A stretch of DNA of 63,191 bases, counting the filler, from Nemertoderma westbladi (lineage: Eukaryota; Animalia; Xenacoelomorpha), in the NCBI GenBank assembly GCA_032718475.1. It is 3 parts of 3 records of this genome, joined end to end, with 100 filler letters (N's around TTAATTAATTAA, not from the genome) between each part and the next. Parts side by side here need not be neighbours in the genome. Positions count along the whole stretch, not along the records: positions 1 to 29,447 come from JAUCBJ010002397.1; positions 29,548 to 55,611 come from JAUCBJ010005905.1; 1 more part is not named here. One strand, written 5' to 3'. Both the position numbers and the translations under genes were made by a program. The notes under the pieces were generated by a model. The model worked only from the letters and a program-made list of their open reading frames with translations. It ran no database searches and was not told where the DNA came from. Below, piece by piece: positions 28,108 to 39,792 of the stretch (its first letter is position 1; every line of letters begins with the position of its first letter).

Positions 28108-28973
28108 TTAATATTATTGTAATTAATTATCACGAGAATTGAACAGCCCAGTCCCACCCACTGATAGTGATCCAATACAAAAAAATAAACATAGTTAATG
28201 CTCTTTTTTTTGCTTGTAGTGTACATACAAATGTAGGCCTAGTTTACAGTGGCTCCAAACGTCTTAAGGTGGTGAGTGAGCTGACAAATTTGAGTATGGA
28301 GCATTGATGGGTGTGAAGATTCAATGTGGGTTGTTTGATTATACATAGTAGGTTCCAGTATAAATACTGTAATTAAACATTGTTATTATTCCTACCTGCT
28401 TTAATCAGTCTCTTCAGTTGTTCGTATCTTCTTCCAACAATTAATTTCCTGTAACAATATACCGATTGAAGAATGAATAATTATTTATTTGCAATGTTAT
28501 AGGTGAGTGGGAGTATATATACGACAGCAGATGCCGGGGAACAGTAACTGGCATGTGATTGGATAATAAATGATTATATATTATAATGCATCATCTTGAA
28601 GATTCAACTACAACTGGTGCCTACCATATGGATGGATGTTTGGTATTTTAGAGTTAGAATTTGGATGAGGCTCTGTCTACCTGCCATACAACATTAGCAT
28701 TTCAGAACACTGAATAAGACAACATGGCCTATGCCATTTAAATTACGTGCCCATTACGAATTTTCAAAGGGTAATTATTTATTTAATGGGTATTTATAAT
28801 TCAAAACTGCTGACATTTGAAAGTGCATACAAGTCAATCCTAAACGAAAGGAACAGGTTACAGTGGAAGGCTACTACTAGGTTGAGCACGAAAGTACTCG
28901 GACAATGGAAATGAGATCCTCCCAGGCTTCCTGATTCTCTATAGTTGTCGCAATTTCGTTTCTCCAAAGTTCA

Positions 28974-29218
28974 GGTCCACATTGGTCTAGTGGTTATATT
29001 TGAATTTACATCTCACGGAGGTCGTGGGTTCAGGCCAGGGCAGGTCTCGTTTCCGCAAGCATGCTTTTACTGGACTAGCCAGGGCGCATCTCTGCAATGC
29101 ATCCTTAAGTAGTACTGGAGTTTCCTCTTGGGTGTATAGTTATGGAGGGGCAGCACTGGAAATAAGACAATGTGCGTAATCTGCCCTAACGGCCGATGAA
29201 AATTTACTTTACTTTTAC
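28974..29218 (+). mobile_element. tRNA-derived SINE
   Basis: A box TGGTCTAGTGG (28983-28993), degenerate B box GGGTTCAGGCC (29026-29036), and a (TTTAC)n tail. Confidence 0.65.
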
Positions 29219-29447
29219 AGTATCCCCTTCAAGTTCGTTTATGTCAAAGGCGGTCGTCCATGGCAACATGTACCTTGTGTTGGTTGCAATAAAAAAAACT
29301 GTTATGACTTCATGTTGACTTCTCCAGTAATGCCACTTAATCGTAGTCTGCGTTCATGCAGAGTAGTTGATAAAGGTGGTATTGTAACACCATAAAGATC
29401 TGCGATTGTCAAATGTTCTCTAGCTGAAGTTTAGTGCTGACCTTCAC

Positions 29448-29547
29448 NNNNNNNNNNNNNNNNNNNNNNNNNNNNNNNNNNNNNNNNNNNNTTAATTAAT
29501 TAANNNNNNNNNNNNNNNNNNNNNNNNNNNNNNNNNNNNNNNNNNNN
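29448..29547. other. Artificial contig linker (N44-TTAATTAATTAA-N44)
   Basis: Six-frame-stop linker centred in an N run; identical to the one at 55612-55711. Confidence 0.95.
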
Positions 29548-32500
29548 GTGGGCGCTACTCCTATCTGCTTCCCGAGGGTAGGGTTAGGCGCTACTCCTAT
29601 CTGCTTCCCGAGGGTAGGGGTCGGCGCTACTCCTATCTGCTTCCCGACGGTAGGGGTGGGCGCTACTCCTATCTGCTTCCCGAGGGTAGGGGTGGGCGCT
29701 ACTCCTATCTGCTACCCGAAGGTAGGGGTGGGCGCTACTCCTATCTGCTACACGAAGGTAGGGGTGGGCGCTACTCCTATCTGCTACCCGAAGGTAGGGT
29801 GGGCGCTACTCCTATCTGCTACCCGAAGGTAGGGGTGGGCGCTACTCCTATCTGCTACCCGAAGGTAGGGGTGGGCGCTACTCCTCTGCTACCCGAGGGT
29901 AGGGGTGGGCGCTACTCCTATCTGCTACCCGAGGGTAGGGGTGGGCGCTACTCCATCTGCTACCCGAAGTTAGGGATGGGCGCTACTCCTATCTGCTACC
30001 CGAAGGTAGGGGTGGGCGCTACTCCTATCTGCTACCCGAAGGTAGGGGTGGGCGCTACTCCTCTGCTACCCGAGGGTAGGGGTGGGCGCTACTCCTATCT
30101 GCTACCCGAAGGTAGGGGTGGGCGCTACTCCTATCTGCTACCCGAAGGTAGGGGTGGGCGCTACTCCTATCTGCTACCCGAAGGTAGTGGTGGGCGCTAC
30201 TCCTATCTGCTACACGAAGGAAGGGGTGGGCGCTACTCATATCTGCTACCCGAACGTGGGGGTGGGCGCTACTCCTATCTGCTTCCCGAAGGGTAGGGGT
30301 GGGCGCTACTCCTATCTGCTTCCCGAGGGTAGGGGTGGGCGCTACTCCTATCTGCTACCCGAAGGTAGGGGTGGGCGCTACTCCTATCTGCTACCCGAAG
30401 GTAGGGGTGGGCGCTACTCCTATCTGCTTCCCGAGGGTAGGGGTGGGCGCTACTCCTATCTGCTACCCGAAGGTAGGGGTGGGCGCTACTCCTATCTGCT
30501 TCCCGAAGGTAGGGGTGGGCGCTACTCCTATCTGCTTCCCGAGGGTAGGGGTGGGCGCTACTCCTATCTGCTACCCGAAGGTAGGGGTGGGCGCTACTCC
30601 TATCTGCTACACGAAGGTAGGGGTGGGCGCTACTCCTATCTGCTTCCCGAGGGTAGGGGTGGGCGCTACTCCTATCTGCTACCCGAAGGTAGGGGTGGGC
30701 GCTACTCCTATCTGCTACCCGAAGGTAGGGGTGGGCGCTACTCCTATCTGCTACCCGAAGGTAGGGGTGGGCGCTACTCCTATCTGCTACCCGAAGGTAG
30801 GGGTGGGCGCTACTCCTATCTGCTACCCGAAGGTAGGGGTGGGCGCTACTCCTATCTGCTACCCGAGGGTAGGGGTGGGCGCTACTCCTATCTGCTACCC
30901 GAAGGTAGGGGTGGGCGCTACTCCTATCTGCTACCCGAAGGTAGGGGTGGGCGCTACTCCTATCTGCTACCCGAAGGTAGGGGTGGGCGCTACTCCTATC
31001 TGCTACACGAAGGTAGGGGTGGGCGCTACTCCTATCTGCTACCCGAAGGTAGGGGTGGGCGCTACTCCTATCTGCTACCCGAAGGTAGGGGTGGGCGCTA
31101 CTCCTATCTGCTACCCGAAGGTAGGGGTGGGCGCTACTCCTATCTGCTACCCGAAGGTAGGGGTGGGCGCTACTCCTATCTGCTACACGAAGGTAGGGGT
31201 GGGCGCTACTCCTATCTGCTACACGAAGGTAGGGGTGGGCGCTACTCCTATCTGCTACCCGAAGGTAGGGGTGGGCGCTACTCCTATCTGCTACCCGAAG
31301 GTAGGGGTGGGCGCTACTCCTATCTGCTACCCGAAGGTAGGGGTGGGCGCTACTCCTATCTGCTACCCGAAGGTAGGGGTGGGCGCTACTCCTATCTGCT
31401 ACCCGAAGGTAGGGGTGGGCGCTACTCCTATCTGCTACCCGAAGGTAGGGGTGGGCGCTACTCCTATCTGCTACCCGAAGGTAGGGGTGGGCGCTACTCC
31501 TATCTGCTACCCGAAGGTAGGGGTGGGCGCTACTCCTATCTGCTACACGAAGGTAGGGGTGGGCGCTACTCCTATCTGCTTCCCGAAGGTAGGGGTGGGC
31601 GCTACTCCTATCTGCTACCCGAAGGTAGGGGTGGGCGCTACTCCTATCTGCTACCCGAAGGTAGGGGTGGGCGCTACTCCTATCTGCTTCCCGAGGGTAG
31701 GGGTGGGCGCTACTCCTATCTGCTACCCGAAGGCTGGGGTGGGCGCTACTCCTATCTGCTACCCGAAGGTAGGGGTGGGCGCTACTCCTATCTGCTTCCC
31801 GAAGGTAGTGGGTGGGCGCTACTCCTATCTGCTACCCGAAGGTAGGGGTGGGCGCTACTCCTATCTGCTACCCGAAGGTAGGGGTGGGCGCTACTCCTAT
31901 CTGCTACCCGAAGGTAGGGGTGGGCGCTACTCCTATCTGCTACCCGAAGGTAGGGTGGGCGCTACTCCTATCTGCTACCCGAAGGTAGGGGTGGGCGCTA
32001 CTCCTATCTGCTACCCGAAGGTAGGGGTGGGCGCTACTCCTATCTGCTACCCGAAGGTAGGGGTGGGCGCTACTCCTATCTGCTACCCGAAGGTAGGGGT
32101 GGGCGCTACTCCTATCTGCTACACGAAGGTAGGGGTGGGCGCTACTCCTATCTGCTACCCGAAGGTAGGGGTGGGCGCTACTCCTATCTGCTACCCGAAG
32201 GTAGGGGTGGGCGCTACTCCTATCTGCTACCCGAAGGTAGGGGTGGGCGCTACTCCTATCTGCTACCCGAAGGTAGGGGTGGGCGCTACTCCTATCTGCT
32301 ACCCGAAGGTAGGGGTGGGCGCTACTCCTATCTGCTACCCGAAGGTAGGGGTGGGCGCTACTCCTATCTGCTACCCGAAGGTAGGGGTGGGCGCTACTCC
32401 TATCTGCTACCCGAAGGTAGGGGTGGGCGCTACTCCTATCTGCTACCCGAAGGTAGGGGTGGGCGCTACTCCTATCTGCTTCCCGAAGGGTAGGGGTGGG

Positions 32501-33090
32501 CGCTACTCCTATCTGCTACCCGAAGGTAGGGGTGGGCGCTACTCCTATCTGCTTCCCGAGGGTAGGGGTGGGCGCTACTCCTATCTGCTACCCGAAGGTA
32601 GGGGTGGGCGCTACTCCTATCTGCTACCCGAAGGTAGGGGTGGGCGCTACTCCTATCTGCTACCCGAAGGTAGGGGTGGGCGCTACTCCTATCTGCTACC
32701 CGAAGGTAGGGGTGGGCGCTACTCCTATCTGCTACCCGAAGGTAGGGGTGGGCGCTACTCCTATCTGCTACCCGAAGGTAGGGGTGGGCGCTACTCCTAT
32801 CTGCTACCCGAAGGTAGGGGTGGGCGCTACTCCTATCTGCTACACGAAGGTAGGGGTGGGCGCTACTCCTATCTGCTACCCGAAGGTAGGGGTGGGCGCT
32901 ACTCCTATCTGCTTCCCGAAGGTAGGGGTGGGCGCTACTCCTATCTGCTACCCGAAGGTAGGGGTGGGCGCTACTCCTATCTGCTACCCGAAGGCTAGGG
33001 GTGGGCGCTACTCCTATCTGCTACCCGAAGGTAGGGGTGGGCGCTACTCCTATCTGCTACCCGAAGGTAGGGGTGGGCGCTACTCCTATC
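29548..33090. repeat. 36-bp GC-rich satellite (GTGGGCGCTACTCCTATCTGCTACCCGAAGGTAGGG, ~98 copies) in DOCK intron 2
   Basis: Highly homogeneous head-to-tail units without spacers, running into the contig end. Confidence 0.98.
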
Positions 33091-33642
33091 CCTAGTATTC
33101 CCCCCAGTAATCCAACTGGTCTTCCTCATCATATCATCAACCCCAGGGGTAAATGTACCCTCCTGCGTTCAGTATTATACTAGAGTAGAGTAGTTGTTGT
33201 ATCTGAGAACAAATTTACTTCAAATTTCCTACAAACTTATTTAAAAGTGGATCTTTTAAAGAATAAAGTAGTTTTTATCCTCTTTCTAATCCGCATTTAC
33301 TTACCTTTTTGTAAAAGAAATGATATTGTAATAAATTGTCCAGAAAAGGAAAAAATGAGAAAGCGCGTCACCGGGGGTTGAACCAGCGCTTTACGTACGT
33401 TTCGGCCTATCCCCGGTGACGCGATTTCTCATTTTTTTCCATTTCTGAACAACTTATTACAATATTTTTTATTAAAGTTGCATTAACAGCTCAACTACAA
33501 TTAGTTTATTTAAGTAAAATAAATAGTTAGTAATATTAGATAATGATTTCTACGAATATTTGAATAAGAAAAGTAGAATATTATTCAATTAATAACATAA
33601 ATATATTATATTAATGCAAAGCGTTGCGCTTTATCTTCTCAC

Positions 33643-33852
33643 CTTCATTTTCTCTTCACTCTCGTCGGTGTTCCCGACCAATCCGGTGTTGAGTAACTCG
33701 TTCAACCCGAGTATAGCGACTCCGTAAGGACGGCGTACCGGGCGTCCGGTGCTGGGTTTACTCTTCCCGCCCCCGCTAGTGGATGACTCACCCCCGGTCG
33801 AGGGACTCACTAACATGCGGCCCACCCGGTAGATGTAACCCACAAGGTAGAC
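33643..33852 (-). CDS. DOCK family GEF, exon 2; gene continues beyond the contig end
   Basis: ACAG acceptor, then VYLVGYIYRVGRML...RRPYGVAIL, a conserved DOCK1-5 motif. 210 bp, phase 0/0, donor GTGAGA. Confidence 0.88.
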
Positions 33853-34119
33853 CTGTGTAAGGGGGGAATAGGGTTGTTAGGTTGTGTTGCCAAGGGGAAG
33901 GGAATGGGGGATGGGGGTGGGGGGTGGTGTCAAGTGATACGGTAGTAACGTAATTGTCGTTCTCGTGTCAGCAGTCCAGTACAAACACACATTTATTGTC
34001 TCGTAGTAGCAACAACATGCGACGCACTACTCCCCAGCCCAGTCTGCCTGCCTGTACCACCCCCCATCACTCTGTCTATCTGCCCCCCCACCCAACCCCC
34101 CATCGCAGTATGTCTACAC

Positions 34120-35878
34120 ACCTCTTACTCACCGCTGTATGCCCCACCCTCTCCTACTCAACTTACCTCTGTATTCCCCCCCGCCCCATCCCACTCATGA
34201 CCTCGGCATGCCCCCCCCCCCCCTCCCCCACACAATCCAACTCACCTCTGTATTCTCCCCGCCCCCCTCCTACTCACCTCTGTATGCCCCACCCTCTCCT
34301 ACTCAATTCACCTCTGTATGCCCCCAACCAATCCAACTCACCTCTGTATTCCCCCCCGCCCCATCCTACTCATGACCTCGGCATGCCCCCCCCCCCCTCC
34401 CCCTCCCCCACCCAATCCAACTCACCTCTGTATTCTCCCCGCCCCCCTCCTACTCACATCTGTATGCCCCCCGCCCTCTCAAACTCACCTCTGTATGCCC
34501 TCTGGTTGCACTCTTGCACACATTGACTTAAGTTAAGTAGAAAACTTAAATTAAGTTTAAGTACGAGAAAAATTGGTATTGCGTTGCACAACAATTTTCT
34601 TAACTTAAGTAGATACTTAAAATTTAGATATAAGTATCAATTTTTAAGTCTGCCAAAAACGAATCTTAGTGAATTTATTATTACTATCTCACCTCCTGTA
34701 TGCCCACCGCCCCGCCTCCAACTCACCTCTTGTCAGTCTGTGCAATCCCCCCCCCCCCCCCCCTACTCCCATCTGTATGCCTCACCACCCAATCCTACTC
34801 ACCTCTGTCTGTATCCCCCCCCCCCCCCCCCGCTCCATCCTACTCACCTCACCTCTGTATGTCCCCCCGTCCCACCTACTCAACTCTGTACCTGCCTGTC
34901 TGTATACACCTCCCCCCCCCCCCCCCCACCCACGCACCTCTATGTCCCCGCCTCCCTACTCACCTCTGTATGTCCCCCCACCCAATCCAACTCACCTCTG
35001 TCTGTATTCCCCCCCCCCCCCCCCGCTCCATCCTACTCACCTCTGTATGCCCCCCGCCTCCTACTCACCTATGTATGTCCCCCGCCTCCTACTCACCTCT
35101 GTATGCCCCCGTCCCATCCTACTCTGTATGCCCCCCCTCCTACTCACCTCTGTATGCCCCCTCTCCTACTCCCACCTCTGTATGCCGCCTTTGCCCCCTC
35201 CTACTCACCTCTGTATGCCCCCCTCCTACTCACCTTGGTATGCCACCTTTGCCCCCTCCTACTCACTTCTGTCTACCCGCCTCTTACTCACCTCTGTATG
35301 CCCCCATCCTACTAACCTCTGTCTGTATGCCCCCCTCCTACTAACCTCTGTATGCCCCCCTCCTACTCACCTCTGTATGACCCCCGCCCCCCTCCTACTC
35401 ACCTCTGTATGCCCCCCGCCCCCCTCCTACTCACCTCTGTATGCCCCCCTCCTACTCACCTCTGTATGCCCCCCGCCCCCCTCCTACTCACCTCTGTATG
35501 CTTCTCCTGCCCCCCTTCAATATGTTTCAAGTCGCCCTTATCGAGATCCGTAAACAAACACATGGAGTTCTTCCCATCGAAGTCAGCTGGTATGCCCCCC
35601 TCCTACTCACCTTGGTATGCCACCTTTGCCCCCTCCTACTCACTTCTGTCTACCCGCCTCTTACTCACCTCTGTATGCCCCCATCCTACTAACCTCTGTC
35701 TGTATGCCCCCCTCCTACTAACCTCTGTATGCCCCCCTCCTACTCACCTCTGTATGACCCCCGCCCCCCTCCTACTCACCTCTGTATGCCCCCCCGCCCC
35801 CCTCCTACTCACCTCTGTATGCCCCCCTCCTACTCACCTCTGTATGCCCCCCGCCCCCCTCCTACTCACCTCTGTATG
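34120..35878. repeat. ~22-bp C-rich minisatellite (CCTACTCACCTCTGTATGCCCC) filling DOCK intron 1
   Basis: Dozens of variable copies. The reverse complement GCATACAGAG|GTGAGTAGG equals the exon-1/intron-1 junction. An AT-rich insert interrupts it at ~34500-34690. Confidence 0.92.
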
Positions 35879-36754
35879 CTTCTCCTGCCCCCCTTCAATA
35901 TGTTTCAAGTCGCCCTTATCGAGATCCGTAAACAAACACATGGAGTTCTTCCCATCGAAGTCAGCTGGTAATCCAGCTCTGGTTATCTTCAACACGTACC
36001 GATCGCTAAAGAACTCAGCTAGGCTGTTACGGTAGTGACACAACGCGAACACGATGTGCGTCTCTTCGCCGATGTTACAGTTGGAGTGCTTGAAGGACAC
36101 GAGGATATTATAACCGTCCTGGAGGAAGGCGGGGTCGGCTTTTCGTCGTAGCGTCCGGGAACTCAGCATGTTCTCCTGACTCTTTAGATGCATAGCGTAG
36201 ACCTCTACGATACTGTGCCTATCGACATCAGCTGACTCCTCAGAGTTAGCTCGCGGCGTCACGTCCAGACCCAGCTTACCGTTACACCAGTCCATTCGTG
36301 ACGTCATCTTGCGTTCCAAGTGTTGGATCTGTTCCACCGGAAGTGACGGAGATACCAGCTGTTTCCTGAGGTCCATTAAGTCCAGAGCTGTTTTCTGGAC
36401 GATTTTGAACAAATCATCCTGCATTGTTTCGAATAGATTCCTCCACACCGTACCCCATTCTATCAACACCTCCCCGGCCTCTATAACAACTGGGTCATCC
36501 AACGGCTCAACGCACTCGTATTTACCCTCGTTAGTAACTTTGGCTTTTTTTAAATAAATAAAATTAACCGGAAATATTCCTTTAGAGTTTTCATCTTGTA
36601 TTGTGAACCCCCGATACCAGGTGTCACAACGTTCGATGATTCGAACAGTTTGCCCGACGGTGAGGCTCAAACCGTTTGGGATGTTCTTGGGTGAGAAGTT
36701 CGCGATTGCGACACCATATTTATCTGTCGCCGGTGTAACTTGCCAACTCATCAT
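35870..36754 (-). CDS. DOCK-A/B family Rac GEF (DOCK3/4-like), exon 1 (SH3 + N-terminal region, 295 codons)
   Basis: N-terminal SH3 (YGVAIANF...WYRG...GIFPVNFI), then 'EWGTVWRNLF', 'NGKLGLDV', 'LFTDL'. Donor AG|GTGAGT, phase 0. Confidence 0.92.
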
Positions 36755-37099
36755 TCAACTGTTAGGCTAACATATAGGCCTAGAGCTGTAGGTAGAGGGG
36801 CGTAGCAATGCAATAGTAATAGTACGGTCAGACGGTAGTCCTATAATGCAGTAATGATAAGAAAGACAGAAAGATAGCACACACACTCATGACACGGTAC
36901 GGTTACATTCATACGGCCTGCTGGCCTGGCAACTGACCGCTGTACCGGACCGGTGTAACAGCGGAAATAGGCTAGTCCCCCCGCGGATACAGTCCGGGGG
37001 GACCGAATCCGCTAGCGGATTCTGTCCCCTCTCCGCAGATTAGGTCCCCCCTTTAAATTATTATTCACAGTACACAATCAGACTGTGTTAGTTTTGTTA

Positions 37100-38030
37100 G
37101 TGCGGTCAGACGAATCTGTACAAAAAAGTACAACAAATACAAAATAGTACAATATATATAGTACAAAAGAGAACAAAAAAATATAATAAAGTGCAAAAAT
37201 AGTACAAAAGAAGGCAAAAATAGTACAAACGAGTGAGAAACGCATACGAAACGTGTATACCAATACTAGTGTAGTATACTATGCACTTCACTTATATACC
37301 AATATAATTAATAGTAAGCAAATGCAACGGCGCCGAAATATGTGCGCCGCTACTGTGTCAATAGCGGCCTTGGTTCTGTGGTCAAGTATGAAATGATAGT
37401 GATTGATATAACTTTGATTCATGTAGATTTTGACTGGCATACAGTAAAAGGCTACTGGTCGTATAACACAAATATAATGCTATACAATATACATACTACT
37501 GCAGTACTGTATGCATGCAGTGGGTAGATATATAAACTCGTATAACTGAGACTCAAAACTGCAAAAGTAGGTAGGTCATAGTCTTAAAGTAGACCATATA
37601 CTGAAGGATAGACTGTATGCTACGTTATGTAGGCTATGTATGTATGCCTCTATCTAGCAACTTTATTGAGTTCTCCCTCTGCAATTTTGCGTGCTTGGCA
37701 TCTTGGGACCGTTTTTTGTGTTTTTCGAACACAAAAAGCCGCATTAAACGCATAAGATTGTATTATTGTTATACTTTCGGACTGCTAGATTAGTGATTAG
37801 CGCCCCGCTCAATGTGTGGCTCGCCCCACAATGCTTCGTTTTATTTTGCACATCATGCGCGCCCCGATACACGATTTGACCTACTCTTATATACACGTTT
37901 TGCAACTGTGCAAGCGTTTCTCATTCGTTTGTAGGCCTACTATTTTGTACTATTTTTGCACTCTTTTGTACTATTTTTGCACTTTATTATACTTTTTGTA
38001 TTTTTTTGTACAGATTCGTCGGACCCTGTT
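37100..38030. mobile_element. Foldback/MITE-like element upstream of DOCK
   Basis: GACGAATCTGTACAAAAAA...AAACGAGTGAGAAACGC (37108-37243) is inverted relative to GCGTTTCTCATTCGTTT...TTTTTTGTACAGATTCGTC (37914-38020). Confidence 0.65.
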
Positions 38031-38276
38031 AGTGTACAGTTTACTGCAGTATCCCTAAACTGCAGAAGAGTAGGACTGTAGGAAGCAGGGAAGATAATGC
38101 TGTTATTTGGTTGGATAGCGCTGATCCAGTGATCTATCATTGGATGTATGCGACGGCGCATCGATGCTGGGAAACAGGACGTAAATTAAGCAAGCAAATT
38201 AATTAGTTATATATTTATGCATAATTATCAATATCGATTAGAATATAATCTCGTCTATGCATCTAACCTACTGTAT

Positions 38277-38525
38277 ACAGCAGATCCCGGCCCTCCGGTA
38301 ACTCAATAATAGTAAGCGACATTCATCGTCTGCGTGAACAGAACTGTGTTGTATTTACTATGAACCGGGTTTTTCCTACCGCCTTCCTCGCTGCTAAGGA
38401 AATAAACCTGCGAGTTTATCTTTTTCGCGGGTTTCATTGACCCAGGTTTAACCAACTGCATCCCCCTTCGGAGATCATCTCTCTTCACTCCCTTCAACAG
38501 CACCCCGATCTGATCCCCGGGCTCA
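38277..38525 (-). pseudogene. TUFM: Mitochondrial-type EF-Tu fragment (domain 2/3 junction)
   Basis: EPGDQIGVLLKGVKRDDLRRGMQLVKPGS...QVYFLSSEEGGRK, then a 1-nt frameshift to TIIELPEGRDL. No other EF-Tu exons were seen. Confidence 0.8.
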
Positions 38526-39580
38526 GTTATAGGATATATATATTGTCATTATTGCATGATAATACATACAATGCATATTGTGATATCTACAAATCTATAG
38601 TTGTATACTATATAAATGATATGTACATTGACATTGTATAATAAAGTCAAGCATAATTATGATATGCATTACATTCAATGCTGCAATGTAGCATAATTGA
38701 TTGCTATGTAAAATGTATCAATGTCTTGTTATTAATATAAATCATATACGTATGAACATGTAATACAAGTATCAGGAATATTTTAATTATATAGTTCGAT
38801 ATGACATATGCTAGAAAATACATCTTTTAAGTTTATAGTTATTCGTAATGTCAGACATATATAAAGCACAATCAGTGATACAATAATAGCAGTAACAATG
38901 ACGGCGATGGTAAAAACCTTCTGACTTCTACACTCAATGTAGCCAACTGAAGCACAAGTAACATCGAGTAACGGTTATATATATTACATGGGATACACAT
39001 TCCTACCTACAGACCTATGCTTGGCCTACCAGTGAATGCGCGATAATTGATGGAAAGCCGCCCTATCATTGGTTGATGTACTCCCAGGCCAATCCTTATT
39101 TATCCCTGGCCTTATGCTAGTTTCCCCTTGAGATGAGCTGATGTGCTGGCATCTCTATGTCGATCAAAGTTATGCATATGCTTCAGGTGGTATCGGCATG
39201 AAAAATGTCGGCTTGGAACTGCTGAACAGCATCGAAGGGAAGGAAAACAAATCATATAAAAACAGTATCCAATCTGAGTCCGCGGTTATAGATACAGAGA
39301 ATATGCACTTAAACCCAAACTTAAACGAGGATTATCCTAGGAACTTCCGTTAGACATAACCGTGGTTGTCTGTGTATCGCAGTTGGTTTGCGGCGAGGAT
39401 TGAAAGGATTCATGTTCCTTTACACAAGGGATTTAACTGGCGCCTATGGTATGGAAAGCAGATATAAACAATATCTGTGATTGGATGCTGCTGGATATTC
39501 TAGTTTTGAACTTTGATAGAACACACGATCGTGCAAAAATGTTGAAAATTATTCTACTGTAGTATTAATTAATACTACAA

Positions 39581-39792
39581 TACACTATGTCCCGTAATAT
39601 AGTGTCATTTTCTGATGACCCCCCCCCCCCCCCCCAGATTTTCTACAAATCTGTATCATATTGCTTGAACTTTGAAACACAACTAGTTCCACTCACCGTG
39701 GTTGACCCCATGCATGAAGCCGGAATTTTCGATTTTGCCTTTAATTTTTTTTATAGGCATTTTGAAAAAGTGTATTTTGCGAAATCGCACGT
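39581..39792. mobile_element. TA-flanked MITE family end (TACACYATGTCC...); related copies at 20274-20340, 46218-46277 (inverted), 57255-57397, 57796-58200
   Basis: Shared terminus TACAC(C/T)ATG..C.(G/A)TAATATAGTG and shared body TTTGAAACACAACTAGTTC...GCCGGAATTT...GCGAAATCGCAC. Confidence 0.7.

Noticed and set aside
28974-29050. tRNA gene
   Set aside because: No proper cloverleaf, a degenerate B box, and a long body with a repeat tail indicate a SINE.
29548-33183. Long ORFs (587 aa, 899 aa) and a possible CRISPR array with 36-bp repeats
   Set aside because: These are translations of a spacer-less satellite in several frames. There are no unique spacers or cas genes, and the context is a eukaryotic intron.
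33954-36035. Proline-rich plus-strand ORFs resembling extensin
   Set aside because: Products of the C-rich minisatellite, antisense to the DOCK intron.
38303-38503. Bacterial tuf gene / contamination or HGT
   Set aside because: It is divergent in the manner of mitochondrial EF-Tu, fragmentary, and embedded among the host's own repeats with no operon context.
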